This document shows, piece after piece, positions 10,080 through 19,908 of a stretch of 64,000 nucleotides of DNA. Position 1 is the first letter of the stretch, and each line of letters starts with the position of its first letter. The notes beneath the pieces are model-generated. The model was not told where the DNA came from. It searched no databases and was given only the letters and a program-made list of their open reading frames with translations. Source of the stretch: an uncultured Acidobacteriota bacterium. Lineage in GTDB: Bacteria > Acidobacteriota > Thermoanaerobaculia > Multivoradales > UBA5704. A program made the position numbers and the translations under genes. The stretch is from assembly GCA_963770895.1 (NCBI GenBank), contig CAVYRF010000002.1, positions 4,544,001-4,608,000 on the forward strand, written 5' to 3'.

Positions 10080-10181
10080 TCCGGGCGGTCTGGATGGGTG
10101 GTTGCGGGGGGCGCTGCGGGCGACGCGGCGGCGCGCCGCCTTGGCAGACGGCGCGCCGTTGGAGAGGGCCGCGGATGGGGA

Positions 10182-10625
10182 TCAGGCGGTGGTGATGAGG
10201 CGGTCGAGCACGGCCAGGTGTTGCTGCTGCCTGGTGGTGAAACCGCGCAGGAGCTGCTTGACGTCGGCGGGGACATCCTTGTCGTCGAGCGCGCTCTGAT
10301 ACTGCTTGACGCCGTGCTCCTCGCCTTCCTTGAGGGCCTTCAGGGCGGCGGCGTTGCCGAACACCTTCGCCGTGCCCTCCACGGCCTTGGCGAAGCCGCC
10401 CCAGGCGCCGGAATCCTGCGCCGGCTTGTCACCCTTGCGGCCGACGTGGTTCTTGAGGGCTTCGACGGCTTCGCGGTGATCGCGCTCGATGGCCCTGATC
10501 TGCTCGACGCCGGCGTGCTGGCCGACCTTTTCCAGCGCTTGACGGTAGGTTTCGACGGCGGAGATCTCACCCCGCAACAGGCTGTTCAGGGTGTCGGTTC
10601 CGCTGGCTGTGGTCGTCGTCTGCAT
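10182..10625 (-). CDS. Ferritin-like DUF2383/PA2169-type stress protein
   Basis: LNSLLRGEISAVETY...DH...LKEGEEHG..Y four-helix-bundle signature. RBS AGGAGG. Confidence 0.85.
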   Translation of the reverse strand: MQTTTTASGTDTLNSLLRGEISAVETYRQALEKVGQHAGVEQIRAIERDHREAVEALKNHVGRKGDKPAQDSGAWGGFAKAVEGTAKVFGNAAALKALKEGEEHGVKQYQSALDDKDVPADVKQLLRGFTTRQQQHLAVLDRLITTA

Positions 10626-10706
10626 GGCTGCCTCCTGGCAAGTGGTCTCTCGGATGTAGGGTGCCGCCGGCGAAAGCCCGGCGGCGCTGCAGCTCCCAGA
10701 GCCATG

Positions 10707-10722
10707 TGCAAGCGACGTGCCG
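10707..10722 (-). promoter_or_regulatory. Putative sigma54 promoter
   Basis: Minus strand CGGCACGTCGCTTGCA, near consensus TGGCACG-N4-TTGCA, about 80 nt upstream of the DUF2383 gene. Confidence 0.7.
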
Positions 10723-10797
10723 TTGGGCAGCGGCAGCCCCTGGAGGGTGCCGCTGCCTGCGCGAACCTGGCCGCGCGGTGAGGAGGGCTAGTGGCCA

Positions 10798-12057
10798 CTA
10801 GGGCAGGTTGCCGGGATGGGCGGACGGGCCGGCGGCGGGGGTGCCGGCGGCGGTCGGGGCCCAGGCGTAGCCTTTGCGGGTGCGCAGCTTGAGGTCGGGA
10901 TTGGCGGTGGTGACCTGGACCTGCTGGAAGCCGGCGCTGCCGGCGGGGTGCTCGCTGCGGTAGCTGAGCAGGTAGTAGCCGTTGTTCTCGGTCGAGATGT
11001 CGGTCAGGGCGGTGCGGAAGTTGGTGAAGTTGTAGAGGTATCGCCCGCCGGTTTCCGTGGACAGCAGGTTGAGCGAGTTGGCCATGACGTGCTCGGTGCC
11101 GGGGAGCACCTCGTCCACCGAGTAGACGGCGACGTTGTTGCTGTTGAGCGCTTCCATCGTCGGCGTGTAGTAGCGCGGATCGGGCACGTATTGGGCGAAC
11201 GGGTTGATGTGGCCGAAGCCGTTGGTGAACATCACCAGGTTTTTGCGCGCGGCGATGGCGCCGGCGGAGCGCGCCAGGGTTTGCAGCGCCTGGTAGATGG
11301 TGGGCGTCTGGTCGCGCAGCTCGTTGCCGTGCGGCAGGCCGCGCAGCAGCGACGGCGCGGCGTCGGTCGCGGGCGGCATGCGCGACGGCCAGGTGTTTTC
11401 GACCTCCTTGCCGGCGACCGCGGCGTCGATGCCCGCGCCCAACTGCGTGCGGTCGCGGGTGAAGTCCTGGTGCACCTTGAGCTTGGTGTCGTAGCTGAGC
11501 ACCGCCACCCAGTCGTTGGGCAGCAGCTCGTGCGCCACCCACTCCTTGGCGAAGCGGCCGGCCTGCACCTGCTGCGTCAGCAGCGCCGGGATCTCCACCG
11601 CGTTGACCTTCTGGTCCTGGAAGAGCAGCAGGAAGTAGCGGTCCTCGGGCACCTGATCGATGCGCAGGCCCTTCTTGGCCAGCACGTCGGAGCCTTCCAG
11701 GCTGCGGCGGTTGCTGTAGAAGGTGACGCCGGTCAGCTCGACCGGCTTGCCGTTTTCGCGCACCACGAAGTCCGGCTTGCCCAGCCCGACGATGACGTGG
11801 CCCGCGGGGTCGGTGACCAGCACGTCCAGCAGCACCTCCCGCACCTCGATCGCCTCGCCGAAGCGCGGGGTCTCAGCCGTCGGGGCGGCCGCCGCGGCGG
11901 GCTGCGGCTGGGCCGCGGCCGGGGCGATGACCGCCGCCGGCAGCATCAGCAGGGCCAGGGCCAGGGCGGCGCTGCCGGAGAGCGTGGACCGGCCGGAACG
12001 CATCGGAGCTGCGGTCGGGGTCGGAGTCGGGGTCGCGGTGGGGGGGTGGTGGTGCAT
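10798..12057 (-). CDS. Secreted VWA-domain protein (acidobacterial VWFA-related type)
   Basis: Signal peptide. 'VLLDVLVTD..G..IVGL...DF.V.ENGKP', 'RKNLVMFTNGF', 'LSTETGG', 'YYLLSY', 'RTRKGY'. RBS AGGAGG before the ATG at 12057. Confidence 0.85.
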   Translation of the reverse strand: MHHHPPTATPTPTPTAAPMRSGRSTLSGSAALALALLMLPAAVIAPAAAQPQPAAAAAPTAETPRFGEAIEVREVLLDVLVTDPAGHVIVGLGKPDFVVRENGKPVELTGVTFYSNRRSLEGSDVLAKKGLRIDQVPEDRYFLLLFQDQKVNAVEIPALLTQQVQAGRFAKEWVAHELLPNDWVAVLSYDTKLKVHQDFTRDRTQLGAGIDAAVAGKEVENTWPSRMPPATDAAPSLLRGLPHGNELRDQTPTIYQALQTLARSAGAIAARKNLVMFTNGFGHINPFAQYVPDPRYYTPTMEALNSNNVAVYSVDEVLPGTEHVMANSLNLLSTETGGRYLYNFTNFRTALTDISTENNGYYLLSYRSEHPAGSAGFQQVQVTTANPDLKLRTRKGYAWAPTAAGTPAAGPSAHPGNLP

Positions 12058-12097
12058 GGACCTACCTCCTGACTGCCGGCTGCCCTGGGCACAGGCC

Positions 12098-14254
12098 TTA
12101 TGGGAAGCGGCGGTAAAATCCTCCGGCTTCGGCGGTGGCGCGCAACGCCGGCGAGGGCTGATAGCGGGGACCCACGGCGCTTTCCAGGCGCTCCAGCGTG
12201 GCGATGAGGCTGGGCAGTCCCTGCTGGTCGGCCCAGCGGCAGAGGCCGCCGCGGAACGGTGGGAAGCCGGTGCCGAAGATGAGCGCCAGGTCCAGGTCGG
12301 CGGCGCTGCGCACCACCTTCTCTTCGAGGCAGCGAGCGGCTTCGTTGACCATCGGCAGCACCATGCGGTCGACCAGCGCCGACGGATCGGCGGCGGACGC
12401 GTGGGATTCGGGGTGGCCCTCCAGGCCCAGGGCCGCATAGATTCCGGGGTCGGGCTCCTGGCGCTCGCGGCCCTCGTACAGGTAGATGCCCTTGGCCGCC
12501 TTCACCCCCAGCCGTCCGTCCGCCGGCAGGCGGTCCAGCCACGTGGGGAGCTGGACGCGGTCGGCGAAGGCGTCGGCCAGGATGTGGGCGACCTTGCCCG
12601 CGACGTCGATGCCCACTTCGTCGTTGAGCGCCAGCGGCCCGATCGGCATGCCCCAATCGACCATCGCGCGGTCGACGTCTTCGATGCGGTGGCCGTCGTC
12701 GAGCAGCCAGAAGGCCTCGATCGAGTAGAACATCAGCAGGCGGTTGACCAGGAAGCCGGGGCTGTCCTTGACCAGGATGGGGGTCTTGCCCAGCTCGCGG
12801 GTGAAGGCGAACACGGTGTTGACCGCCGCCGGGTCGGCGCCTTCGGGCGCGATCACTTCGACCAGCGGCATCTTGTGCACCGGGTTGAAGAAGTGCATGC
12901 CGACGACGCGCTCGGGGTGCGGGGTGCTGGCGCGGATCGCGCCGATGGGCAGCGACGAGGTGTTGGAGGCCAGGACCGCCGCGTCGGACACGTGCTTGGC
13001 CAGCTCGGCGAACACCGCCTGCTTGACGTCGAGCTTTTCGACGATCGCTTCGACCACCAGGTCGACGCGCTTGAAGCCGCTGTAGTCCAGGGTCGGCCGC
13101 AGCAGCGCCATCTTGCGGCGCAGGCCGGGAACGTCCAGGCGGCGGCGCTTGACCTGGCGATCGAACAGGCCGGCGGCGTGCCCCATGCCGGCGGCGAGCG
13201 CGGCGTCGTTGACGTCCTTCATGCGCACCGGCAGGTCGGTCTGGCCGGCGATCAGCTGGGCGATGCCGCCGCCCATGGTGCCGGCGCCCAGCACCGCCGT
13301 TTCGCGCACCGGCCGCGGGTCGCCGCCGGGCAGACCCGGCTCGCGCTTGGCGTCTTCCGACAGGCGGAAGACGTGCATCAGGTTCTTGGCAACCGGCGAC
13401 GGCGCCAGGTCGGAGACGGCGCGCGCTTCGGCGTCGAAGCCGGCGCTTTCGCCGTGTTCGACCCCCACCCGCACCACCTCGATGGCGCGCAGGGCCGCCG
13501 GATAGTGGCCGTGGGTCTGCTCCAGGGTCTTCTTGCGCGCCTGGTCGAAGACGATGTGGCGGCCGATGGGGTTGCCCTCCAGCAGCGCGCCGCGCAGGCC
13601 GCCCGGACGCTTGCGCTCGTCGCGGCGGGGGGGCGCCGCCAGCACGCGCTCGCGCGCGAAGTCACGCACCAGGTCGAGGAAGCGCGCGTCGGGGAGCAGC
13701 GCGTCGACCAGCCCCATTTTGAGCGCCTGACGCCCGGACACCATCTTGCCGGTGAGGATCATGTCGAGCGCCGCGGCGATGCCGACCCGCGCCGGCAGGC
13801 GCGTCGAACCTCCCCAGCCCGGCACGATGCCCAGCCGGACTTCCGGCAGGCCGATGCGGGTCGCGGCGCTGTCGCTGGCCACGCGCCAGGTCGAGGCCAG
13901 AGAGATCTCCGTGCCGCCGCCGACCGCGACGCCGCGGATCGCCGCCACGGTGGGGAAGGGGAGCGCCGCCCAGGCCGAAAACAGGCGGTGGCCGACGCGC
14001 GACCCCGCTTCGGCTTCGACCGGGTCGGTGACGCGCGCGATTTCGTCGACGTCGGCGCCGGCGATGAAGCCGTTGGGCTTGCCCGACAGCAGGATGAGGC
14101 AGCCGATGTCGCGCCGCGCCGCCACTTCATCCAGAACCTGCTCCAGCTCGACGATGGCGGCGCGCCCGAAGACGTTGACCTTCTTGTCCGGCAGGTCGAA
14201 GGTCAGCGTTGCCAGACGGTCGTCTCCGACCTGCAGACGGAAGATGGGTGCCAC
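12098..14254 (-). CDS. fadJ: Fatty acid oxidation complex subunit alpha (enoyl-CoA hydratase/3-hydroxyacyl-CoA dehydrogenase)
   Basis: FIAGAD, GGGTE, GLPEV, GAGTMGGGIA, ASNTSSL, GMHFFNPV, PGFLVNR motifs. Confidence 0.9.
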   Translation of the reverse strand: MAPIFRLQVGDDRLATLTFDLPDKKVNVFGRAAIVELEQVLDEVAARRDIGCLILLSGKPNGFIAGADVDEIARVTDPVEAEAGSRVGHRLFSAWAALPFPTVAAIRGVAVGGGTEISLASTWRVASDSAATRIGLPEVRLGIVPGWGGSTRLPARVGIAAALDMILTGKMVSGRQALKMGLVDALLPDARFLDLVRDFARERVLAAPPRRDERKRPGGLRGALLEGNPIGRHIVFDQARKKTLEQTHGHYPAALRAIEVVRVGVEHGESAGFDAEARAVSDLAPSPVAKNLMHVFRLSEDAKREPGLPGGDPRPVRETAVLGAGTMGGGIAQLIAGQTDLPVRMKDVNDAALAAGMGHAAGLFDRQVKRRRLDVPGLRRKMALLRPTLDYSGFKRVDLVVEAIVEKLDVKQAVFAELAKHVSDAAVLASNTSSLPIGAIRASTPHPERVVGMHFFNPVHKMPLVEVIAPEGADPAAVNTVFAFTRELGKTPILVKDSPGFLVNRLLMFYSIEAFWLLDDGHRIEDVDRAMVDWGMPIGPLALNDEVGIDVAGKVAHILADAFADRVQLPTWLDRLPADGRLGVKAAKGIYLYEGRERQEPDPGIYAALGLEGHPESHASAADPSALVDRMVLPMVNEAARCLEEKVVRSAADLDLALIFGTGFPPFRGGLCRWADQQGLPSLIATLERLESAVGPRYQPSPALRATAEAGGFYRRFP

Positions 14255-14296
14255 CGCTACGTCTCCTTTGTGCCCGCTCCCGCTGCGCCCGGAGCG

Positions 14297-16093
14297 TCAG
14301 CCGCGATGTTGCGCGTCTGCCGCGGCGTACAGCCGGTCGATCAGGTCGCCGTATTTCTGATTGATCACCCGCCGCTTCACCTTCTGGGTCGGCGTCAGCT
14401 CGCCGGTTTCCAGGGTGAACTCCGCGGGAAGCAAGTCCCAAGCCACGATCTTTTCGTAGCCCGGCAGGTGGGCGTTCACCTTGTCGACCTCCTGCTTGTA
14501 GAGCGCCCGCACCTTGGCGTCGGCCAGCAGCGCCGCCACGTCGCCGGCCGGCACGCCCTGCTTGGCCGCCCAGCCCTTCAGGTGGTCGAACTCAGGCACC
14601 AGCAGCGCCGCCAGGAACTTGCGGCGGTCGCCCAGGACCACCGCCTGGCCGATGAACGGGCTGCCCTTGAGGTCGTTTTCGATCGGCGCCGGCGCCACGT
14701 TCTTGCCGTAGGCGTTGACGATCAGCTCCTTCTTGCGGTCGGTGATGTGCAGGAACCCCTCATCGTCCACTTCGCCGATGTCGCCGGTGTGGAACCAGCC
14801 TTCGCCGTCGATCGCTTCGGCGGTGGCGTCCGGCAGGTTCCAATAGCCGCGCATGACGTTGGGACCGCGCGCCAGGATCTCGCCGTCGCCGGCGATCTTC
14901 ACTTCCACCCCCGGCACCACCTTGCCGACCGTGCCCAGCTTGACGCCGGCCTTGGAATTGGCGGAGATGACCGGCGAGGTTTCGGTCAGGCCGTAGCCTT
15001 CGTAGATCGGGATGCCGGCGCCCCAGAAGAATTCGGCGACGTCGCGTCCGAGCGGCGCGCCGCCCGACACCGCGAAGCGGAAACGCCCGCCCAGGCGCGC
15101 CTTGATCTTGCTGAACACCAGCTTGTCGGCCAGCGCCACCTTGATGCCCAGCAGGCCCGGCGGCGAAGCCAGCTTGAGCCGCCAGGGCAGCGCTTCGCGC
15201 CCCACGCCGACCGCCCAGGCAAACAGGCTCTGCCGCCACCCCGCGCTGGCCGCGACGTTTTCCTGCACGCGCGCCAGGACCTTTTCGTAGACGCGCGGCA
15301 CCGACACGAACACTTCCGGCCGCACCGTCAGCATGTCCTGCGCCACCGTCGCCACCGACTCCGCGTAGGCGATCGGGCAGGCCTGCAGGAAATAGCAGTA
15401 GTCCACGGCGCGCTCGAACGAGTGCGACAGCGGCAGGAACGAGAGCGCCAGCTGCCCCTTTTCGATCGGCAGCACTTCCAGGCCGGCGGTGATGTTGGAG
15501 GCCAGGTTGCCGTGGGTGAGCATCACCCCCTTGGGCTGGCCGGTCGTGCCGCTGGTGTAGACCAGCGTCGCCAGGTCCTCGGGTTTGACCGCCCGCGCGG
15601 TGGCTTCGAACCCCGCCACGTCGGGATCGGCGCCGCGCGCCAGCAGATCTTCGAGCGTCATCGCCCGCGCGTCGGCGCTGGCGCCGCGGATCAGCACGAA
15701 CTGCGCGACGTCCGGCAGCTCGCCGGCATGCGCCAGCAAACCCTCCAGGTGCGTCGTGGTTTCGGCAAACACCACCTTGGCGCCGCAATCGCGGGCGATA
15801 TACGCCGCCTGGTCGGGCAGCAGCGTCGGATAGATCGGCACCGTCACCGCGCCGATGCACAGGGTGGCAAAGTCCACCGTCGGCCAGTGCGGCCCGTTTT
15901 CCGCCATCAGCGCCACGCGGTCGCCGTGGCCCACGCCCAGGCCGCTCAACGCCTTGGCCAGCCGCCGCACCCGGTCCACCAGCTCGGCGGTGGACATCGG
16001 CTGGTAGCTGCCGCCAACCTTGTACAGCAGGCAGTCCGCCCGTCCATAGCCCGCGGTCTGCAAAAACAGCTCTGTAAGCGTCTTCACCACCAT
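14297..16093 (-). CDS. fadD: Long-chain fatty acid--CoA ligase
   Basis: YTSGTTGQPKG, YEGYGLTETSP, WFHTGDIG, TDRKKELI, ELTPTQKVKR. Confidence 0.92.
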   Translation of the reverse strand: MVVKTLTELFLQTAGYGRADCLLYKVGGSYQPMSTAELVDRVRRLAKALSGLGVGHGDRVALMAENGPHWPTVDFATLCIGAVTVPIYPTLLPDQAAYIARDCGAKVVFAETTTHLEGLLAHAGELPDVAQFVLIRGASADARAMTLEDLLARGADPDVAGFEATARAVKPEDLATLVYTSGTTGQPKGVMLTHGNLASNITAGLEVLPIEKGQLALSFLPLSHSFERAVDYCYFLQACPIAYAESVATVAQDMLTVRPEVFVSVPRVYEKVLARVQENVAASAGWRQSLFAWAVGVGREALPWRLKLASPPGLLGIKVALADKLVFSKIKARLGGRFRFAVSGGAPLGRDVAEFFWGAGIPIYEGYGLTETSPVISANSKAGVKLGTVGKVVPGVEVKIAGDGEILARGPNVMRGYWNLPDATAEAIDGEGWFHTGDIGEVDDEGFLHITDRKKELIVNAYGKNVAPAPIENDLKGSPFIGQAVVLGDRRKFLAALLVPEFDHLKGWAAKQGVPAGDVAALLADAKVRALYKQEVDKVNAHLPGYEKIVAWDLLPAEFTLETGELTPTQKVKRRVINQKYGDLIDRLYAAADAQHRG

Positions 16094-16193
16094 GCCGTCC
16101 TCCCGCGGACCCCGTAGGTGGGCCAGATCGCGGATTGTATCCCACGGCCGGCAGGGAGCGGCGCCGACCGGTAGCCGGTTGGGGTACAAACGG

Positions 16194-16219
16194 CGAGAGC
16201 GGCCATGCGGCCGCTCTCG
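16194..16219 (-). terminator. Hairpin, probable terminator of the PRC-barrel gene
   Basis: 11-bp stem CGAGAGCGGCC/GGCCGCTCTCG with a 4-nt loop, followed by CCGTTTGT on the minus strand. Confidence 0.55.
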
Positions 16220-16243
16220 GTCCTGCTTTGCTACCTGCTTGAA

Positions 16244-16615
16244 CTACTGCCAGTAGGGCTTGTATCCGTAGTAGGTGTAGATCGAGGTACCCCAGGTACG
16301 GTCGGCCACCTTCGGCCAGTTGCTCTTGTCGAAGCCGGGAGCGTTCTTCAACTTCTCCTTGTCGACGTCGAGCGAGAAGTGGTGACGGTTGGCGTCGAGC
16401 TTGAGCGCCTCGAAGGGGATCGCGAAGAGCTTTTCCCCCATGCCCATGAAGCCGCCGAACGAGAGGACCGCATAGGCGACGCGGCCCTTCTCGAGGTCAA
16501 GCATCAGCTCCTCGATCTTGCCAAGGTTCTCGCCACTGCGGTTGACGACTTCGTCGCCAATCATCTTGCTGGCCGAAAGGACGTTCGGACGAGCTTCAAG
16601 TGTCGTATTTGTCAT
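16244..16615 (-). CDS. PRC-barrel domain protein
   Basis: LSASKMIGDEVVN..GE.LGKIEELMLD...GRVAYAVLSFGGFMGMGEKLFAIP. Confidence 0.92.
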   Translation of the reverse strand: MTNTTLEARPNVLSASKMIGDEVVNRSGENLGKIEELMLDLEKGRVAYAVLSFGGFMGMGEKLFAIPFEALKLDANRHHFSLDVDKEKLKNAPGFDKSNWPKVADRTWGTSIYTYYGYKPYWQ

Positions 16616-16722
16616 GGTGATGTGCCTCCTTGTCGTGGTCAACCGCGCAGCGCCGATCAGGCGCCTACCTCGTGCAGGTGAGTACAGGTGCTGGCGATTG
16701 CCCGTGCATCCCATTGACGGGG

Positions 16723-16738
16723 TGCACTAACCGTGCCG
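16723..16738 (-). promoter_or_regulatory. Putative sigma54 promoter
   Basis: Minus strand CGGCACGGTTAGTGCA, GG-N10-GC, about 105 nt upstream of the PRC-barrel gene. Confidence 0.55.
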
Positions 16739-16792
16739 TCGACAGACAGCCAGAGCGCGAGGGCTGGTGGCGTCCCACCCGGGCTGTCTCCC

Positions 16793-16822
16793 TTGACCCC
16801 GGCGCGGGCGGGACGGTATTCT
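16793..16822 (+). promoter_or_regulatory. Putative sigma70 promoter for tRNA-Pro
   Basis: TTGACC-18 nt-TATTCT. Confidence 0.45.
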
Positions 16823-16904
16823 CCACGTTCTTGTGCGCGCAGGGGCGACCTCGTCGGTCGCGTGGTGGGGATGGGCGGTGCGCGCCAGGAATTGCGGCAA
16901 CCGT

Positions 16905-16981
16905 CGGGGCGTAGCTCAGCTTGGTAGAGCGCACGGTTCGGGACCGTGAGGCCGGAGGTTCAAATCCTCTCGCCCCGACCA
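16905..16981 (+). tRNA. tRNA-Pro (anticodon CGG)
   Basis: Full cloverleaf: acceptor CGGGGCG/CGCCCCG, D arm GCTC..GAGC, anticodon arm CACGG-TTCGGGA-CCGTG, T loop TTCAAAT, 3' ACCA. Confidence 0.97.
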
Positions 16982-17141
16982 CTTCTCGAAATGGCGGCTT
17001 GCGGGACCCCTCCCGCGCCAGGCCGCCCACCTTCCTGAATCGACGTACGGATCTCCCTCCAAGTGGTCTGCTCGGCGCGGTCGCCGGCGCTCGGGTGCAC
17101 GCGGCGGGCCGGATGGGATCGGGCGGCCCGACGGCTGGCCG

Positions 17142-17561
17142 TCAGGGCGGGTCGGGGTCGATGCCGTGCACCAGCCAGTCGTGGGCGGCGCGGTCCCAGT
17201 CGGGGCGGCGGGTGGTGTCCAGGCAGCGGCTCCAGGCCAGGGTGCCGGTGTCGCGGGCCAGACGGCGGGTTTGCAGGGTGGCGATGGGGCTTTCCAGGGC
17301 GACGGCGATGCGCTCCATGCCGCGCTGCTGGCAGAGCAGGATACAGCGCTTGAGCACGGCCTGGGTGTCGGCCGGATAGGCGCGCGCCCGGCGCGAATCG
17401 ATCAGCACGCCGAAGCGGCCGCCCGGCTTGGGGAGCTTCCTGCCGAGCTCGGCCAGGAGGTCTTCGGCCTGGGCGGCGGTCAAGGGACCGCCGATGACGA
17501 TCTGCACGCCGTAGGTGGTGATCTGGACGCGCGCCGGCGCCGGTGTTCGAGATTGCGTCAT
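17142..17561 (-). CDS. Hypothetical protein, possibly STAS/SEC14-like fold
   Basis: 139-aa ORF with 'FGVLIDSR', 'GMERIAVALESPIATLQ'. GAGG RBS. Confidence 0.7.
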   Translation of the reverse strand: MTQSRTPAPARVQITTYGVQIVIGGPLTAAQAEDLLAELGRKLPKPGGRFGVLIDSRRARAYPADTQAVLKRCILLCQQRGMERIAVALESPIATLQTRRLARDTGTLAWSRCLDTTRRPDWDRAAHDWLVHGIDPDPP

Positions 17562-17685
17562 CGCGCCCTCTGGACAATAGACAACAAGAGACCGGCCCTG
17601 GGTGAGTTTCCCCACCCGCCCAGGGGCCGGTCTTTGATTGCGATTCTATGCGATGATGCTTATTTTCAGCAAATTGGCGCGCGGC

Positions 17686-19908
17686 TTACCAGACGGTACA
17701 GATGTTTTCCGAAGCGCCCGCCGTCGAAGGCGCCGCGGCGGGTGCCGCTGTCGCGGACCTGGCGCCGGGCGCGGTGCCCTGTGCCGTGGCGGTGCCCGCT
17801 GCGGACGGCAGGGGGCCCATGGGCGCCATCTTGGTGCCGGCCGTGCAGCGGAAGGCGTTGGCGAACTCGGGCATGTTGACCATGACGCCGTCGACGCGGA
17901 AGCGGCCGGTGGAGTGGGGGTTGGTGAGCACCTGCAGGCGCTCGCCTTCGGGGGTGTAGGCGGAGCACCAGACGTCGGCATAGCCCAGGAAGAAGCGCTG
18001 TTCGGGGGTGAAGCCGTCCAGCGTCTGGCGCGGTTTGCCGGCCTGGCTGGCCTCGTAGGCCCTGTAGGCGATGCGCAGGCCGCCATTGTCGGCGGTGTTT
18101 TCGCCCAGGGTGAGGCGGCCGTTGAGGTGCAGGCCCGACGGGGTGACAAAGCCGGAGTATTCGTCGGCGATGCACTGCGTGCGCTTTTCGAATTCGGCCT
18201 TGTCTTCCGGCGTCCACCAGTTGGTCAGGTTGCCCTTGGCGTCGAAGTGGGCTCCCTGGTCGTCGAAACCGTGCGTCATCTCGTGGCCGATCACCGCGCC
18301 GATGCCGCCGTAGTTGGCGGCGTCGTCGCGCTTGGGGTCGTAGAACGGCGGCTGCAGGATGCCGGCGGGAAAGTTGATGTCGTTCATCGCCGGATTGTAG
18401 TAGGCGTTGACCGTCGGCGGGGTCATGGTCCACTGCTGGCGGTCGACCGGCTGGCCGATCTTGCTCAGGCGCCTTGCGAACTCCAGGGCGTCGGCGCGCT
18501 CGACGTTGCCGGTCAGATCGCCGCGGCGGATGACCAGTTTGCCGTAGTCGCGCCAGGTGTCGGGATAGGCGATCTTGTTGGCGATGGCGGACAGCTTTTC
18601 CTGCGCCCGCTGCTTGGTCTGCGGAGTCATCCACGACAGGCTCGCGATGTCCTTGGAAAGGGTGGCTTCCAGCTCCCTCACCATTTCCAGGGTGCGCTGC
18701 TTGGCGGAGGGGTCGAAGGCCACGGCGACGAACTCGCGCCCCAGCGCATCGCCGATCGCCCGGTCGGTCTCCTCGACGCAACGTTCCCAGCGTGGGCGCA
18801 GCTGCTTGGCGCCGCTCAGCTCGCGGTCGTAGAAGGCGAAGTTCTCCTGCTCGAACGCGGGTGCCATCCACGGTGCGTATTTGTGCAGCACGTGCCAGCG
18901 CAGGTAGGTCTGCCAGGCCTCGACGGGCTCGGAGTGCAGCAGCGCTTCGACTGCCTTGGCGAACTCCGGCTGCCCCATGGTGACCGTGGTGACCGGCGGC
19001 GCGTGCAGCGCGGCCAGGTAGGCGTCCCATGAAAACGACGGCGTGAGCGCCGCCAGCTGCTGGCGGTCCATCGGGTGGTCCAGGTTGCGCGCGTCGCGAT
19101 GGCTCACCCGGTCGAGCGTCGCCCGCGCCAGCGAAGTTTCCAGCGACAGCACCGTGGTGGCGTCGGTGGCGGCGCGGTCCGCCGGCTCGCCGGCGAGCAC
19201 GAACATGCGCTGCACGTGGTCGGCGTACTGCTTGCGCTGCTGGACCGAGGCGTCGTCGGTTTTCAGGTAGTAGTCGCGGTCCGGCAGGCCCAGGCCGCCG
19301 GCGTCGACCTGGGCGACGACGCGGGTGGCGTCGTGCAGGTCCTGGCCGGCGCGCACGTTGAACAGGACGTCGATGTTCTGGGCGTTCAGCTCGCCGGAGA
19401 GCTTTGCCAGGCCGGCCGGCGAACGCAGCGCCGCGATCTTGTCGAAGTCGGGCTTGAGCGGGGCGGTGCCGGCGGCGGCAACGGCGCCCTCGTCCATGCA
19501 GCTCGAGTAAAAATCGCCGATCTTGCGCCGGTCGGTGCCCGCCGCGGCGGTCTTGATGGCATCCGACTCCAGGATCTGGCGCAGGGTTTCGCGGTTGCGG
19601 CGGGTCAGGGCGTCAAAGGTCCCCCAGCGCGCGCGGTCGGACGGGATGGGGTTTTTGGCCACCCAGTTGCCGCAGGCGTACTGAAAGAAATCGGCGCAGG
19701 GGTCGACGCGCGGGTCCAGCGACTCCAGGCTGACCGCACTGACCGCGCCGGCCGCGGACGGGACGGCGGGCGCGGTCGCCGGCGCGGTGGCGGGGGCCGT
19801 CGCGGGCGCGGTCGCCGGCGCCGCGGTGGCGGCATCGGCCGGAACGGTTGGGGCACAGAGCAGCGCGAGGGCCGCGGCCAGGCCGCAGGATGCTGCGAGC
19901 TTCTTCAT
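17686..19908 (-). CDS. M13 family (neprilysin/PepO-like) metallopeptidase, secreted
   Basis: Signal peptide, DPCADFFQYACGNW, VNAYY, HEMTH (HExxH), GENTADNGG. Confidence 0.95.
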   Translation of the reverse strand: MKKLAASCGLAAALALLCAPTVPADAATAAPATAPATAPATAPATAPAVPSAAGAVSAVSLESLDPRVDPCADFFQYACGNWVAKNPIPSDRARWGTFDALTRRNRETLRQILESDAIKTAAAGTDRRKIGDFYSSCMDEGAVAAAGTAPLKPDFDKIAALRSPAGLAKLSGELNAQNIDVLFNVRAGQDLHDATRVVAQVDAGGLGLPDRDYYLKTDDASVQQRKQYADHVQRMFVLAGEPADRAATDATTVLSLETSLARATLDRVSHRDARNLDHPMDRQQLAALTPSFSWDAYLAALHAPPVTTVTMGQPEFAKAVEALLHSEPVEAWQTYLRWHVLHKYAPWMAPAFEQENFAFYDRELSGAKQLRPRWERCVEETDRAIGDALGREFVAVAFDPSAKQRTLEMVRELEATLSKDIASLSWMTPQTKQRAQEKLSAIANKIAYPDTWRDYGKLVIRRGDLTGNVERADALEFARRLSKIGQPVDRQQWTMTPPTVNAYYNPAMNDINFPAGILQPPFYDPKRDDAANYGGIGAVIGHEMTHGFDDQGAHFDAKGNLTNWWTPEDKAEFEKRTQCIADEYSGFVTPSGLHLNGRLTLGENTADNGGLRIAYRAYEASQAGKPRQTLDGFTPEQRFFLGYADVWCSAYTPEGERLQVLTNPHSTGRFRVDGVMVNMPEFANAFRCTAGTKMAPMGPLPSAAGTATAQGTAPGARSATAAPAAAPSTAGASENICTVW

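Noticed and set aside
11723-16117. 1464-aa plus-strand ORF, and similar long antisense ORFs such as 44079..46985 and 56922..60110
   Set aside because: These are shadow frames of well-supported genes on the opposite strand. High GC suppresses stop codons and they contain no recognisable motifs.
16905-17140. tRNA-Pro as an integration site for a mobile element
   Set aside because: No integrase was recognised nearby, and I did not see a duplicated tRNA 3' end in the window.
19770-19830. APAT repeats after the M13 signal peptide, and other Ala/Pro-rich insertions in many proteins
   Set aside because: Ordinary low-complexity linkers, common throughout this GC-rich genome.
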